Of a DNA stretch of 64,000 nt, positions 14,376-27,719 are shown in pieces; position 1 is the first letter of the stretch, and every line of letters begins with the position of its first letter. The translations under genes and the position numbers were made by a program. The DNA is from Octopus vulgaris. Its lineage: Eukaryota. The DNA lies in assembly GCA_951406725.2 (NCBI GenBank), contig OX597830.1, forward strand, positions 46,872,001-46,936,000, in the 5' to 3' direction. The notes beneath the pieces were generated by a model. The model did not search any database and had not been told where the DNA came from. It saw only the letters and a program-made list of their open reading frames with translations.

Positions 14376-15399
14376 CGCCCTGGTAAATTGTTCCATCAAT
14401 ACTTCACCAGAACAAATACAACTGACTACGTTTTAAGCTCCATCTCAGCAAAACTGCTATCTCTTCTCTTGCCGCAGACAGATTATCTTAATTAGTAGCA
14501 GCAGCATCCTTCTGAAATATGACCATTTTGAGAACTATCTTTATATAACAGTGACCTATAATTGTGTTCCCCATAGGCGGGGGCCAGGCACCCCCTCCCC
14601 CGAAGTGGGGGACAATGAGGACTGAAAAGGAGGCGGGCAAATTGCTATGTTTAATGACGGGAAAAGGGTTTAAAACTAATAAACTTGACCAATTCCACGG
14701 CGAAGAATGAACTTATAAAACGGTTGCAAGTTTTGTTTCCTAAAGAGTTGAGGTGGGACCTGGTCCTGGTATTTATCCGATTAGGAATCGCTGAATTATT
14801 TGATCGTGTGAATGTTACCACTCATGTATACCAGGTACTTGATATGACGGTTAATATATACGACCTCATGAAATATATCTTCCTGTATCCCCTTGAGAAA
14901 TATATAATCTTGTGAACTTTCGTACAGTATACCTTCTGGTAGACTATACCACATGAACACTATACCTTGTCTGTGCAATAGCATCTTGTGTAACCAGATG
15001 TGAACGATACCATGTTTATATTAAAATGAACTATGATTTGTGAAGTATAGTATGTTGCGAAGAATATCATCTTGCGAACCATATCACTTTGGATTTTGAA
15101 GGAACTATACAACGTGGGAACCATACAATATTGCGAACTTTGGCATTTTCTATAGTATATCATGTTGTGAAAGTAAGCCATACGTGATAAACTATAGCGT
15201 GATAATAAACTATAGCGTGATAAACTAATAAACTATAGCACCTGTGAACTGTCCTGTCTGGACAAAACAATGAATGATGCATTTCTGGGAACAATACCAC
15301 GCATGAATTACACCATCCTAAGTCGCAATCGTGTGTGCTTAAATAGATCTGGTTTATGATTTGTGCTACGAGAAGGAAAACGATGCCACAGAAGCGCCA

Positions 15400-15800
15400 C
15401 CAGTGTTCTACAGGTCATGAGGCAAAACATTGTGGTCTGGAAGGGACATACCAATTGAATTTTGGAAGCAGGATCTATAAGAAGGGAAGGGATTCCTGGG
15501 GTTACTCAGCAGATCTTCCAGATTGGAAACCGCATCCAGCAATCCTCAACTCACTGCGAAAAATCAAAGAATAGAGAAATCTCGTATCTACAAGATTGAG
15601 AAAAACAAAAACAGAGAGAATCTGACTTCAAAGTCAAAGTTCTGGCCATAGAAGTGGGGGCGAGATGATTTGTAAGAAAATATGCCTACGATCTCAAGAA
15701 CGACTCTCAGTTTCTGGGAAAAGACGGACCGGGTTCTTAAGGCAACAGCAGAATCAGTTGAGGAGAGTTCCAACTGGATCTGAACAAGGAGGAATGAAAA
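15400..15800 (+). mobile_element. Decayed 3' end of an RLE-type non-LTR retrotransposon (HERO/NeSL-like)
   Basis: Translates WGYSADLPDWKPHPAIL ... FKVKVLAIEVGAR*FV ... RVLKATAESVEESSNWI*TRR. This matches the VEVGxRGF and E-x-AE-x-S-x-WIW C-terminal pattern of restriction-like endonuclease elements, with stops and frameshifts. Confidence 0.7.
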
Positions 15801-15879
15801 TGAACTTCTGAAAGCAGAAGTTAATTTGTGTCCATCATATATTTGTAATTGATTTTTCAACAACAAATCATAAATTTCA

Positions 15880-16990
15880 TTGAGTCAAACCAGTGTTTGA
15901 ATAACTTTTTATTCCCATGATAGCGATGTCCCAAATCATATACCCTATCCATGACATTTCTCCAGATTCCATCAAAACTGATATCATTGTGCTTGTCTTG
16001 TACAATTTCCGAAAATCTGATTCAGTTAGTTTATATCAAAATCAATTCGCTTTGGTGCACTTCCACGATTCACGTGAATTTTCTTAGGAAACCGAAATTC
16101 GAATTCAGCCCGAGCAAGTTTACGGTCAATGTCACAACCGTCTCTACTAACATAAAACACATAGATTGTAGACATTTGGCGTATCAGACTTTTGAAGGAA
16201 GGATAAAATCAATCATGTGATCTTTCTCTGAGTGTGGATACCTCCATGTCATTTCATGCCACAATTTGTGCCTGAAAAGCGTTACAGAATTTTAAATTAG
16301 ATACAGAACAATGTTGAGGTGCAATCCATTGCAATTGTCATGTCTGCCACGGCAGCCAAATGCACTCCAAGTCTTAAATCGTTGACCAACACGACTATAG
16401 GAATCTTCCAGAGCAATTAGTTTGACCTGAGTATGTGTATCAGAAATAGTATGACTGAGTGACTCCCAGAAAGATGAGGTTGCATTCCCGTTTGCTCGAA
16501 GAGTTTGTAGACCAAAAGAAGAAAGACATTTTAGTCGCATGCCCGTGGGATTCTTATCTTCCTTATTCGATTATTTATGCCGTTTGATCGCTCTAAATCT
16601 TCCATTAGACTGATTTATGCAGCAAATCCAACACATACGTTTCTTTTAATAAAATAGAATATTGTGAAGCCAGAGGAAGCTTCTGACAAATGGCCTTCGT
16701 CAAAAAGAAGAATTTCGGAAAATACTGCTCCAGCCATGTTGTGATGTTCGCTGTTAAAAGGGTTTGTAATTTTAAAATAAAAACCTTGTGCTAAGTCTTT
16801 GTTCATTCCTGATTTTGATGAAACGCCGTTAGACACATAAAACCAACCAGCATCAGAGGATAGACAGGTTTAAATGCATCTTTTCTAGCACCTTCCCAAT
16901 CGCAGGGTGACTGGGTGAGCAGGGCTTCTCATATGCAGGAAATTCCGCTGAAGCAATTTCTGTCTTCGACGATGACCTTAGTAGAAGGTC
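15880..16990 (-). mobile_element. Decayed RTE-clade LINE, AP-endonuclease region
   Basis: Fragments EILLFDEGHLSEASSGFTIF..VGFA, FWESLSHTISDTHTQVKLIALEDSYSRVG (GDFNARVG-like) and LFRHKLWHEMTWRYPHSEKDHMIDFIL. Confidence 0.75.
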
Positions 16991-17057
16991 ACTTCAGGAT
17001 AGAGGCGTGACTGTATTCCTCCAAATCGTTAAGTCTGCATACGTCGGCACTACTCCT

Positions 17058-17325
17058 CACCACCACCACCACCACCACCACCACCACCACCACCACCACC
17101 ACCACCACCACCACCACCACCACCACCACCACCACCACCACCACCACCACCACCACCACCACCACCACCACCACAACCACCACCACCCCCACTACCGCCG
17201 CCGCCGCCGCAGCCACCACGACGACGACGACGACGACGACGACGACCACCACCACCACCACAACCGCCGCTGCCGCCGCCACCACCAGCACCACCAGCAC
17301 CACCGCCACCACTACCACCACCACC
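17058..17325. repeat. (CAC)n with (CGC)/(GAC) variants
   Basis: Directly visible. Confidence 0.95.
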
Positions 17326-17589
17326 ACTCGCCATGTGGCTAGTGGGCACCTCTCATTGAAGGAACGCGATAAGTCGAAATCACGTGGTCTGGCAGTCCCG
17401 ACGCCCATGGCAAACGATTCTCATCTGCTAACGACGTAAATTCGCGGGCTTTTATTATGCCCCATGAGTCTAAATGAGACGACCTCTCAAGGCGAATTCC
17501 GCAGTCTTCAAGTTTCTAACAGAACAGCCACCTTAAGCTGGATATAAAAATTGCTTTTTGATATTAATACTGCCTCCGCCGCAAATAAT

Positions 17590-17727
<138 letters not shown>

Positions 17728-18379
17728 AGTCTATCTGTCTGTCTGTATATACATACATATAGGCATACATGCAATATACATGCACACATACACCCGCACA
17801 CATACATGCGTCATATATCCATGTGTACATACCTGCATTCATACCCACATACAGATACATAATATACATACATACATACATACATACATACATACATACA
17901 TACATACATACATACATACACACATACATAGGTACATACATACACACATACATAGGTACATACATACATACAAACATACATACATACACACATATATACA
18001 TACATCCATCCATCTATACATACATACTTTTAGACACCTGGCCATCGAGGAAACAATATTTTTCGAATTGTTCTTCTTATATCTACAAGCTGTACACCAC
18101 CGACGAAGGAAGAAAAGAACTTTATTAAACTTGGAATCTCAGAGAAATTCCCATAACCATCCAGCAAATTCGATGGAGCATGATAGCAGTTTGATTAAAG
18201 TTTGGAAAACCTGAAGGAAATTTGAAGAAAGAGCACACACAGATGGGATATTGGAAACATCTTAGGATTCTTTATTACTGTTCTTCTCCAGATAGCTCTC
18301 TCTCTCTCTCTTTCTCTTTCTCTTTCTTTTGCCCTTTCACCCTCACTCTCTCCCTTCTACCTTTTCAACATTTTAAAGA

Positions 18380-18925
18380 ACAGAACAGCTTCTAGGTTAT
18401 CGATCGATCTGCTAGAAGAAGCAGCCAAATCTCCTTCAGACTTGCGTAACGAAACGACACATTTATCTTATACTTTTTACTCGTTTCAATCATTACACTG
18501 CGACCATGCTGGGGCACCACCTGAAAGAAATTTTAGTCGAACGACTCGACACTATTACTTAATTTTTTTACTTATTATATCGGGTCCTTCCGCCGAACCG
18601 TTAAGTTACGGGCACGTAAACACACCAGCGTCAGTTGTCAGGCGGGGGTGGGGGCAAATACAGACATGAAGACACTCTCACACACATACGGCGGGTTTCA
18701 TAAAGTTTCCGTCTACCAAATCCGCTCACAAGGTTTTGGTCAGTGAGACTGAACCCAGATCCATGTGGTTGGGAAGCAAACATCTTACCACGCAACCACG
18801 TCTGCGCATATTTGATAGAACTGAATGAGTTTATGTGAATAAGCAGAATGATTAGGGCTGGTGAAAAGCGTTTTATCATCAAGGTCGGCTCAACCAAGGT
18901 TGACTTGACATGGGGCTAAGCAGCA
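18380..18925 (+). mobile_element. Family D repeat (~250 bp, (CAA/CAG)n tail) split by a nested family A SINE
   Basis: CTGCTAGAAGAAGCAGCCAAATCTCC at ~18408 and the TGACATGGGGCTAA tail at ~18906 flank a minus-strand family A copy (18470-18808). Confidence 0.6.
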
Positions 18926-19017
18926 GCAGCAGCAGCAGCAGCGGTAGCAGTGGCGGTGACAGCAGCAGGCTTTCGGATTCTCCCATCCCCAACTCTTCCT
19001 AATATTTAGATATCGGA

Positions 19018-19398
19018 AGGCGGCGAGATGGCAGAACCGTTAGCACGCCGGGCGAAATGCGTAGCCATATTTCGTCTGCCGCTACGTTCTGAGTTCAAAA
19101 TCCGCCGAGGTCGACTTTGCCTTTCATCCTTTCGGGGTCGATAAATTAAGTACCAGTTACGCACTAGGGTCGATATAATCGACTTAATCCGTTTGTCTGT
19201 TCTCTCTGTGTTTAGCCCCTTGTGGATAGTAAAGAAATAGGTATTTCGTCTGCTGTTACGTTCTGATTTCAAATTCCACCGAGGTCGACTTTGCCTTTCG
19301 GGGTCGATAAATTAAATACCATTTGTGTACTGGGGTCGATCTAATCGACTGGCCCCTTCTCCAAAATTTCGAGCCTTGTGCCTAGACTACAAAAGAAT
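19018..19398 (+). mobile_element. SINE family B dimer (head-body-tailX / body-tailY)
   Basis: Junction GAAATAGGTATTTC at 19234-19247. The second unit ends with the alternative GAGCCTTGTGCCTAG tail. Confidence 0.9.
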
Positions 19399-19447
19399 AT
19401 TTAGACATCAGGTAAGTTTCAACTAAAAAAGCAAACAACATCGACAT

Positions 19448-19573
19448 TGGCGTGTAGTTAAGAAGCTCGTTTTGAAACCATGTAGTTTCGGGTTCAATCT
19501 CAATGCGAAGCACCTTAGCCGAGTAATGTCTTGTGAATAACTTTAGTAGATGGAAACTGTGTGGAAGCCTGTC

Positions 19574-19624
<51 letters not shown>

Positions 19625-19795
19625 TGTTGGTTCGTTTACGTCCCGATAAAGCAGCGGTTCTGCGATAGAGAACCGATAGAATATGTACCAAATTTTAAAA
19701 GATAAGTATTATGGTCGATTTGATCAACTAAAATTAGCTTTCAAGTCGGTACCCCAGCATGGCCGCAATCCAATGACTGAAAGCAGCAAAATAGA
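19448..19795 (+). mobile_element. SINE family A, diverged
   Basis: Box B GGTTCAATC, GGAAACTGTGTGGAAGCCTGTCGTA block and CCAGCATGGCCGCA tail. Confidence 0.8.
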
Positions 19796-19804
19796 AAGCC
19801 GCAG

Positions 19805-20135
19805 CTTCAATTTTTCTTTCATTTTTGGTTTCTCTTTGTTTCTCCTTCCAGAAGAAGAATGAATCTTCGAAAGATTTTCCCATTTCCTGAGTGTCAACCT
19901 AACACTTGGTCTTTGTTTTACCTCGTCTTCACGTGCTTCTTTCTTCTTTTCCACTTTTCTAAATTTTTCACGTCTCTGAACTTTTTTCTTCTATCCGACG
20001 AAGAGTCATGCTCGAAATGTCATTTCTATTCCTATCTTTCCAAATAAAATTTCACCGAGCGTTAAGCTAGTATATTCACTGAGTACGTTCAGCTGACCTT
20101 TTGGTTTTTCCTGTTTTTATTTTAATTATGGATTT
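19805..20135 (+). mobile_element. Two tandem units of a Penelope-like terminal repeat with degenerate hammerhead-like motifs
   Basis: CCAGAAGAAGAATGAATCTTCGAAA (~19848) and CCGACGAAGAGTCATGCTCGAAATGTC (19995-20021), each followed by a C(C/T)GAG(C/T)GT(C/T)AA block. Related to 55430-55575 (-) and 20640-20735. Confidence 0.45.
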
Positions 20136-20136
20136 G

Positions 20137-20202
<66 letters not shown>

Positions 20203-20507
20203 TGTTTTGAGAAAGAATATGATTAATCAGAAAGTTAAGCTTTGCACTTAGAAGTGCTCAAGAGGAACTGGAGACAAAAGGTATATATATATATATAGCG
20301 AAGAGATGACACAATATAGGCAAAGAAATTTGAGAAATTTGAAAGAAAATACGAAACTGGTTATTTCCCCCAAAACAATGTTACTATACGCCAAATTTTC
20401 TAACATTTTTCTACAATAACGATTTAAATATATTCTTTAACCATAACACAAGTCTTCTGTAGTTTTTACACTCTATTTTGTCTTGCTTTCACATCCCAAC
20501 TCTTTCA

Positions 20508-20608
<101 letters not shown>

Positions 20609-20735
20609 CTGCGTGTGTATCGTTGGCGATTTTTTTCCCTCCTTCTTTCTTTCCTTTCCTGAGTGTCCAATAACACTATACTTGTTTCACGTCCTCGCGT
20701 TGTGTTTTCTCTTTGTGTTTTCATGTTTGGATTAA

Positions 20736-20806
<71 letters not shown>

Positions 20807-21129
20807 CTTACACATATACATGTGTGTGTGTGTGTGTGTGTGTGTATGTATATATCTATGCACTAGTTTTACACACAATTTGTATTCACCAAATTCACTC
20901 TCAAAGCTTTACTAATTTTGCCGAAGGTGCCGTGCAGTGGGACTGAAACCAAACCCGCGCGTGGCTGCACAATCAAAGCTAAAGTTCATTATTGAAATTA
21001 TTTCCTTCAGTGTAAAAACAGTAACTTTCAATCCATTCTTATTCCTACCTAATAATGGTCAACCAATCATTGAAGCGCGACTGCTGTGAAAGACTCACAC
21101 AAATTTTCTCCTCCACTTTATTTCGTCTC

Positions 21130-21602
21130 CAGGAGAAACTGTGGCTGTGTAATAATAATCTTGATTCCCAACTAAATAGTTCTGGGTTCAATCCCACTGC
21201 GTGGCACATTGGAAAAGTGACTTTTGCTATAGTCTCAGGCCAATCAAAGCCTTGTGAGTGGATTTGGCAACTGGAAACTGAAGGAAGCCTGTCGTATATA
21301 CATAAATACATACATGTATAAGTATATGTGTGTGTTTGTGTTTGTGTATGGATGTGTGTGTGTGTGTGTGTGTTTGTGTATGGATGTGTGTATGTGTGTG
21401 TGTGTTTGTGTGTGTCTGTTTTTATTTCACCCCAACCGCCTGATTAGTATATTTACGTCCCAGTTACTTACCGGTTCAGCAAAAGGAACCGATACAATAA
21501 TTACCAAACTTAAAAAGTACTGGGACCGATTGATTCAGCTAAAAATTCCTCCAGGCGGCGTTCCAGCATGGCCGCGATCTAATAAGGGAAGGAAGTAAAA
21601 GA
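21130..21602 (+). mobile_element. SINE family A, full length
   Basis: GTGGCTGTGT head, GGGTTCAATCCCACTGCGTGGCAC, internal (TG)n and CCAGCATGGCCGC tail. Confidence 0.85.
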
Positions 21603-21899
21603 TGAACGATGTAAGTTACTAATTAACACCTGACACTCTTCGACCATTTTAAACGAATCTTTGTTTCTGTCGCTATTCTTAGTGGAAGACCTTCGCCAAT
21701 TCGACAGATGCCAAACATTCACTTCAATAATCACTCCACTTAAGTCTACCACAACCACTTAAATAGCGTCAGCGCTTTCACACACACACGCACGGATAAA
21801 CACGATGTACACTTTACATAAGTGTTCAAGTGTATTCGATGTGTCTCTCTGTGTTTACGTGTGTCTGTCTGTGTGTGTCAGGCGATGGTAATTTATGTT

Positions 21900-22135
21900 C
21901 GGAGTTGTATCTCGTTAGTCAATGGAATTTCTTTGGTGATCACCACTAGTAATCTAAAGTAATTGTTCGCTGGGAAACCTTTTCTACACACTATGATTTA
22001 TTGAGAGTCGACATTAATGAATGGAGAGGCTGGTGGCCGTCAGGTTTGGGTTGATGAATGTCTCTTTAAATTGAAGAGATTCCGGAAGCATCGAGTCTTG
22101 TGTTGACCCTTTTCACACCACATCTGCCCACAAGC
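21900..22135 (-). mobile_element. Possible CR1/Jockey-like RT C-terminal remnant
   Basis: Weak frameshifted similarity (W..N..K and L.W..H pattern); heavily decayed. Confidence 0.3.
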
Positions 22136-22136
22136 A

Positions 22137-22244
<108 letters not shown>

Positions 22245-22277
22245 TTAGTCTATCAGTCTATCTATATATATATTTAC

Positions 22278-22324
<47 letters not shown>

Positions 22325-22368
22325 TATATGTATGTATATATACATATATATCTATATGTACATATATA

Positions 22369-23240
22369 GGGTCTGGATTTATATCAGGTTTTTGTCGATC
22401 TGACAAATGCCTTTGATACCGTTAATAGAAATGCACTGTGGAAAGTCATCCAGAAACTTAGGTGTCCTGAAAAGTTCCTTGCTTTGGTTAGGGTTTTCAT
22501 GAAGACATGAAGGGTAGAGTTAATGTTAGAGGAAAAATGTCGGAGCCTATCTCAATACAAAATGGAGTGAAACAGGGGGATAATCTGGCACCGACCCTAT
22601 TTGCCATATATTTTGCGATGGTCTTCTGTATTGCATCCAGAAACTGCAGATATGGTGTTTACATCCATTATCAAACCTCAGGCAGCATATTTAATATCAG
22701 GCGCTTTGCTGCAAAAACAAAGGTATTTACCTCTATCATAAGAGACATTTTGTATAGAGATTGATATGCAACACATTTTGAATGCATTCTCTGATGCTTG
22801 CACTGCCTTAGGATTGACAGTCAGTCTCAAGAAAACTGTTGTCGTGTACCAACCTGCCCCTGGTAAGCAGTATAGTGTACCAAATGTCTATGTGTATGGT
22901 AAACTACTTGATGTAGCTGATCAGTTTGTCTACCTGGGAAGCACTGTTAATAGATATAGCAATTTGGATAATAAAATTCCATACAGAATTAGGAAAGCAA
23001 GTGATGATTTCGGAAGGCTAGAAAGGCGCCTCTGGAGTCGGCGAGACATATGCAGAAAGACAAAGATAAAGGTGTACAAGGCATGTGTGCTCTCTTCTCT
23101 TCTCTATGCCTGCGAGACGTGGGTCACATATCGATACAACCTTAAACAACCGGAACGGTTCCATGAGATGTGTCTCAGGCGGATCTATGGCATTAAGTAG
23201 AAGGACCGTATCAGGGATCTCGAGATATTGGAAAGCTCTC
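22369..23240 (+). mobile_element. RTE-clade (BovB-like) LINE reverse transcriptase fragment
   Basis: FVDLTNAFDTVNR, NGVKQGDNLAPTLF, DILYRD (YADD remnant), GLTVSLKKT, FVYLGS and LLYACETW, with frameshifts. Confidence 0.92.
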
Positions 23241-23826
23241 GGTGTAAAAACCCAAAAAAAAACAAACAGATACTGAAGGCTTTTGTAACTTTAAAGTATT
23301 TGAATCCAGATCCAAAACAGTCGCAGTGGCTTAAATTGAGGCAATGATGTCTTCAAGTTATCTCCCTTGACAGGTGATCTTCACCCTTTGTAAGATATGT
23401 GCAGGTATGATTTATTTCGCATTATGTTGAATCTAATAAATCAAGTAATTTTAAAAGTCTTGTCAACGCATATGAATATACGAAATGCCTCTTGTGTAGC
23501 AGTCTGTGTACGTAAATACAATTTCATACAGAGAAAATAAGGTATCTACGCAGTTTGTCATAAACATATGTTGTTACAATTCAACAGTAATTATTCTCAT
23601 TGAGGTACACACACATACACACACATTGCATCAAAATCTGATGATTTATAACTGGCTATTTTCCTGGCGCTCTGACACGTCGTCACTCATAGTACATTTC
23701 TTTTTACTTAGTTTTATTGACATTCTACATTCCAAATGTATTGAGTCCTTTTCAGAAAAGTGGATAAGATAAACTCCTCCTTTTACACATACACTACATA
23801 CACATATAAATACATACACACATATA

Positions 23827-23915
<89 letters not shown>

Positions 23916-23918
<3 letters not shown>

Positions 23919-24146
23919 CTTTACTACCCACAAGGGGCTAAACACAGAGGGGATAAACAAGGACAGACAAAGGGATTAAGTCGATTACATCGACCCCAGT
24001 GGGTAACTGGTACTTAATTTATCGACCCCGAAAGGATGAAAGGCAAAGTCGACCTTGGTGGAATTTGAACTCGGAACGTAACGACAGACGAAATACGGCT
24101 ACGCAGATCGCCCGGCGTGCTAACGTTTCTACCAGTTCACCGCCTT
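23916..24146 (-). mobile_element. SINE family B monomer (tailX)
   Basis: Complete head, body and CCCCTTGTGGGTAGTAAAGAAATA tail running into (TA)n. Confidence 0.9.
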
Positions 24147-24252
24147 TAGTTAAATATATTCAATAAGAATATTATATACTGAATTTATTTTGAGTACTCT
24201 TTTGTATCAAAGTATTAATACTATTAAAGTATTTCTATATTTAATACGAGAG

Positions 24253-24344
<92 letters not shown>

Positions 24345-24405
24345 TGATAAAACGGTAAGATAACAAAAGAAAGAAAGAAACCGATATTATGTAAATAGAG
24401 GAATT

Positions 24406-24672
<267 letters not shown>

Positions 24673-24849
24673 GCAGCCACGCATGCAATCAGCCCCTCAC
24701 ACATTGGACAAAATCGTTGTGTAATTACTGTCTGGCAAGTCTCGTCAACGTCTTCCATCATACGATTTAAAGAGGTTTGTTCAGCTGAAGCTTTTAATTA
24801 TTTATTTGCCATTGATTAACTGAAATAAAATGCAGTTTTCGTTGTGGTC

Positions 24850-25108
24850 GCTTCTACCAGAGAGATTTTACTTCCAGCTACATATCCTATTTATCCACCG
24901 GCCGAATATTTCAGAACTAATATTTTGGACACAAGCCTAACAGGAACCATAAATTTTATCTTAAAATATGGTATACCTCCAAGTGCACCAATTACTATTG
25001 GTATCACGTCCACTCTCTTCATTGACCACAACCTTCCTATTTCCTACTTCAAATCGTCATAGTTGTTTATTTTTCCTTCCTTCACATTGATCCTGTTGTA
25101 ACCGGGCC
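24850..25108 (-). mobile_element. R4/Dong-clade retrotransposon 3' fragment
   Basis: NNYDDLK*EIGRLWSMKRVDVIPIVIGALG (RLE C-terminus). Confidence 0.8.
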
Positions 25109-25110
25109 AT

Positions 25111-25185
<75 letters not shown>

Positions 25186-25212
25186 TATTATTATTATTAT
25201 TATTATTATTAT

Positions 25213-25530
25213 GATTCAGTTGTTTTATTTTTATAGCGTGCTTTCACTTCACTACCGAGCGCAGCTCTGTGTGCCTTGGTATGTGCTGTGATTTGTTGTG
25301 ATACTCTGATGGTTATTGTATGGAAAGTGTTCTGCGTAGGATGTGTGCAGTGCCTAGTAGTGCAAAAATGTTATATGTGTTTGTAAGTCCTGGTGTTTTT
25401 GTTATGTATTTGTCTGAATATTTTTTATCATGCCTAATGCACCTACTATGATAGGAATTGTTTCTGTTTTTAGATTCCACATTCTGGTTACCTCTATTTC
25501 CAGGTCTTTGTATTTTGAAAGTGTCTCCAT
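25213..25530 (-). mobile_element. R4/Dong-clade retrotransposon 3' end with (TAA)n tail
   Basis: LSKYKDLEIEVTRMWNLKTETIPIIVGALGMIK, then ALLGTAHILRRTLS, and a 3' UTR ending in (TAA)n on the minus strand. Confidence 0.85.
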
Positions 25531-25699
25531 GTCTTCTTCTTCTTCTTCTTCTTCTTCTTCTTCTTCTTCTTCTTCTTCTTCTTCTTCTTCTTCTTCTTCT
25601 TCTTCTTTAATATACAAAATCATAATACAACACAGCTGGCGGAACCGTTATCGCACCGGATAAAATGCTTTGCAACATTTCTTTCGGCTTAATGTTCTG

Positions 25700-27060
25700 A
25701 AGTCCTTACTTTGTCGTGTCTTCGCGTGGCTTTCGTTTCAGCCTTTCTTAGTTTCGTCTCGGCCTTTTCTTCATCTCTCATTAGTCTTTTCTTTGTCTCG
25801 GATCCTGCTACTTTCCGAACTTGGCCTTTCCTGTGTCCCTTTTCTTGTCTGCCCAACGTCTTTCATTCTTATCGGTCTTTTCTTTGCTTGACCTCAGACT
25901 CAGTTTTCTTTTCTTGGTTCCTAGTAGATTTGCTTCACTCTCGTCTTTCTATCTTTTCTAGTCTTTTTTCTCTTGGTCATGGTGATTCCTTGGTCTCATC
26001 TCGATCTCTTCTTAGGATGGTCTTGGTATTTGTCTCGGCCTTTCTTGGCTTTGTCTCAGTTTTTTTTCTCTTTTTGTTTTCTATTGGTTTGATCTTATTC
26101 TCGTCTTGGTCTCTTCCAAGGCTCCTCTCCTCCATCTTGGTCTCATCTTGATCTTTCCTTAGTCTAGTGTCATTCTTTTCTTAATCTTCCTGCCAATATT
26201 TTCTTAGTTCTCGGTCTTTTCTTCGTATGATTTGGGTTTCGGTTTTTTGGTGTCGATTTTCTTCTTGGTCTGGTGTCGGTCTTTCCTTGCTTCAATCTTT
26301 TTTTGCTGGTCTTTTCTTGGTCGTCTGCTCTTCGTCTTGGTGTTTACTTACTCTTAGTATTTTTCCATCGGGTGTCGGTCTTTCCTTCCTTTCGGTCTTT
26401 TACTTGGTTTGGTCTCAGTGTCAATCTGTTCTTCGTCTGGTTTTCCTTTTGGTCGTTTGTCTCGATGTTCCTTGCTCTTCTCTCACTTCCTTCATAATCT
26501 GCTTTTCGCCTCTTCCTTGTCTCATTTCGGTTTCTTATTGGTCATAACATTTTCCTGGTCTTCAGCCTCCTCTCAGTTTTAACTTGGTCTCATCTCACTC
26601 TTTCCTCGAACAGGTCCTGAATCTTTCTCGATCTGTTTTAGGTCTGTTCTTAGTGTCAGTCACTTCTTCGTCCGCTCTCGGTATTGGTGTGTTTTCGCCT
26701 TTTCACGTTTTCTGTCTTTTCTTGAATCTTTTTATTTTTATTTTTGCCATGGCATGGTCTCGTTTCGGTCCGTTCTTGCTTTACTCTTTGCCTGGGTCGT
26801 TTTTGCTTCTCACTCTTTTCTTCTTTTCTTGGTCTCGTCATGGACTCACTCTCTTCTTAGTCTGCTTCTGGTCTTTTTCAGTTCGTTGTCTCTTTTAGGT
26901 ATCTGTCTTTCAATTGCAGTGTCTTACTTCGTCTGTTTACTACCATATCCTGGTCTGTTTTTGGTCTTTTCTCGCTGTCGGTCTTTCCTAGGCCTGGTCG
27001 CGGAGTCTGTCTCTTTTTATATCTAGTTTCTATTTTCGTCTCTATCTTTCCTCGCTTTTC
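25700..27060. repeat. Degenerate pyrimidine-skewed low-complexity array (TCTTGGTCT / CGGTCTTT motifs)
   Basis: About 1.35 kb strongly depleted of A on the + strand, with recurrent GGTCT cores and no fixed period visible. Confidence 0.7.
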
Positions 27061-27458
27061 CCTCGATTTGCGCGTACTTTAAATGAAGGACCTGTTTCGA
27101 TCAAATCCTTATTTAATTTGAAAAGAATTATGTAATTTGTACAACAATAGCAGTGTGAAGGCTGTGGGAGGTTTCTAAATAAAACTAGACATTGTACATA
27201 TGACTAATGTTATGATGTAAAAAGCGCCATTCCGTGGAGAATTCTTATATCTGTTTCGTAACAGGCGGTCCTTTAGGCATTTTGATTTCGTAATAATATT
27301 TCTAAATAATATCTTCTACGTTGAACTGAAGTCCTTCTGGACGAGATAATGGCGAGGAAATATATCAGGTAATTCCCACCTCGAAGCACTGCGCTGATTC
27401 AGTGGTTTCGTAGTTATTATGCAATACTATAACAGCATAAGAAAATCACACTATCCGC

Positions 27459-27557
<99 letters not shown>

Positions 27558-27663
27558 ACAGACACACACACACTCACACACACACAGACACACGTGCATA
27601 CAAATAATATACACATATACATTCTGTGTATAAGCAGGTAACAATGTATATATTATATTATAT

Positions 27664-27719
<56 letters not shown>

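Noticed and set aside
14960-15360. Faint resemblance to galactose-3-O-sulfotransferase motifs (FLQNPK, QFTGAIVY)
   Set aside because: Needs several frameshifts and stops. The region is better explained as a degenerate 16-17-bp minisatellite.
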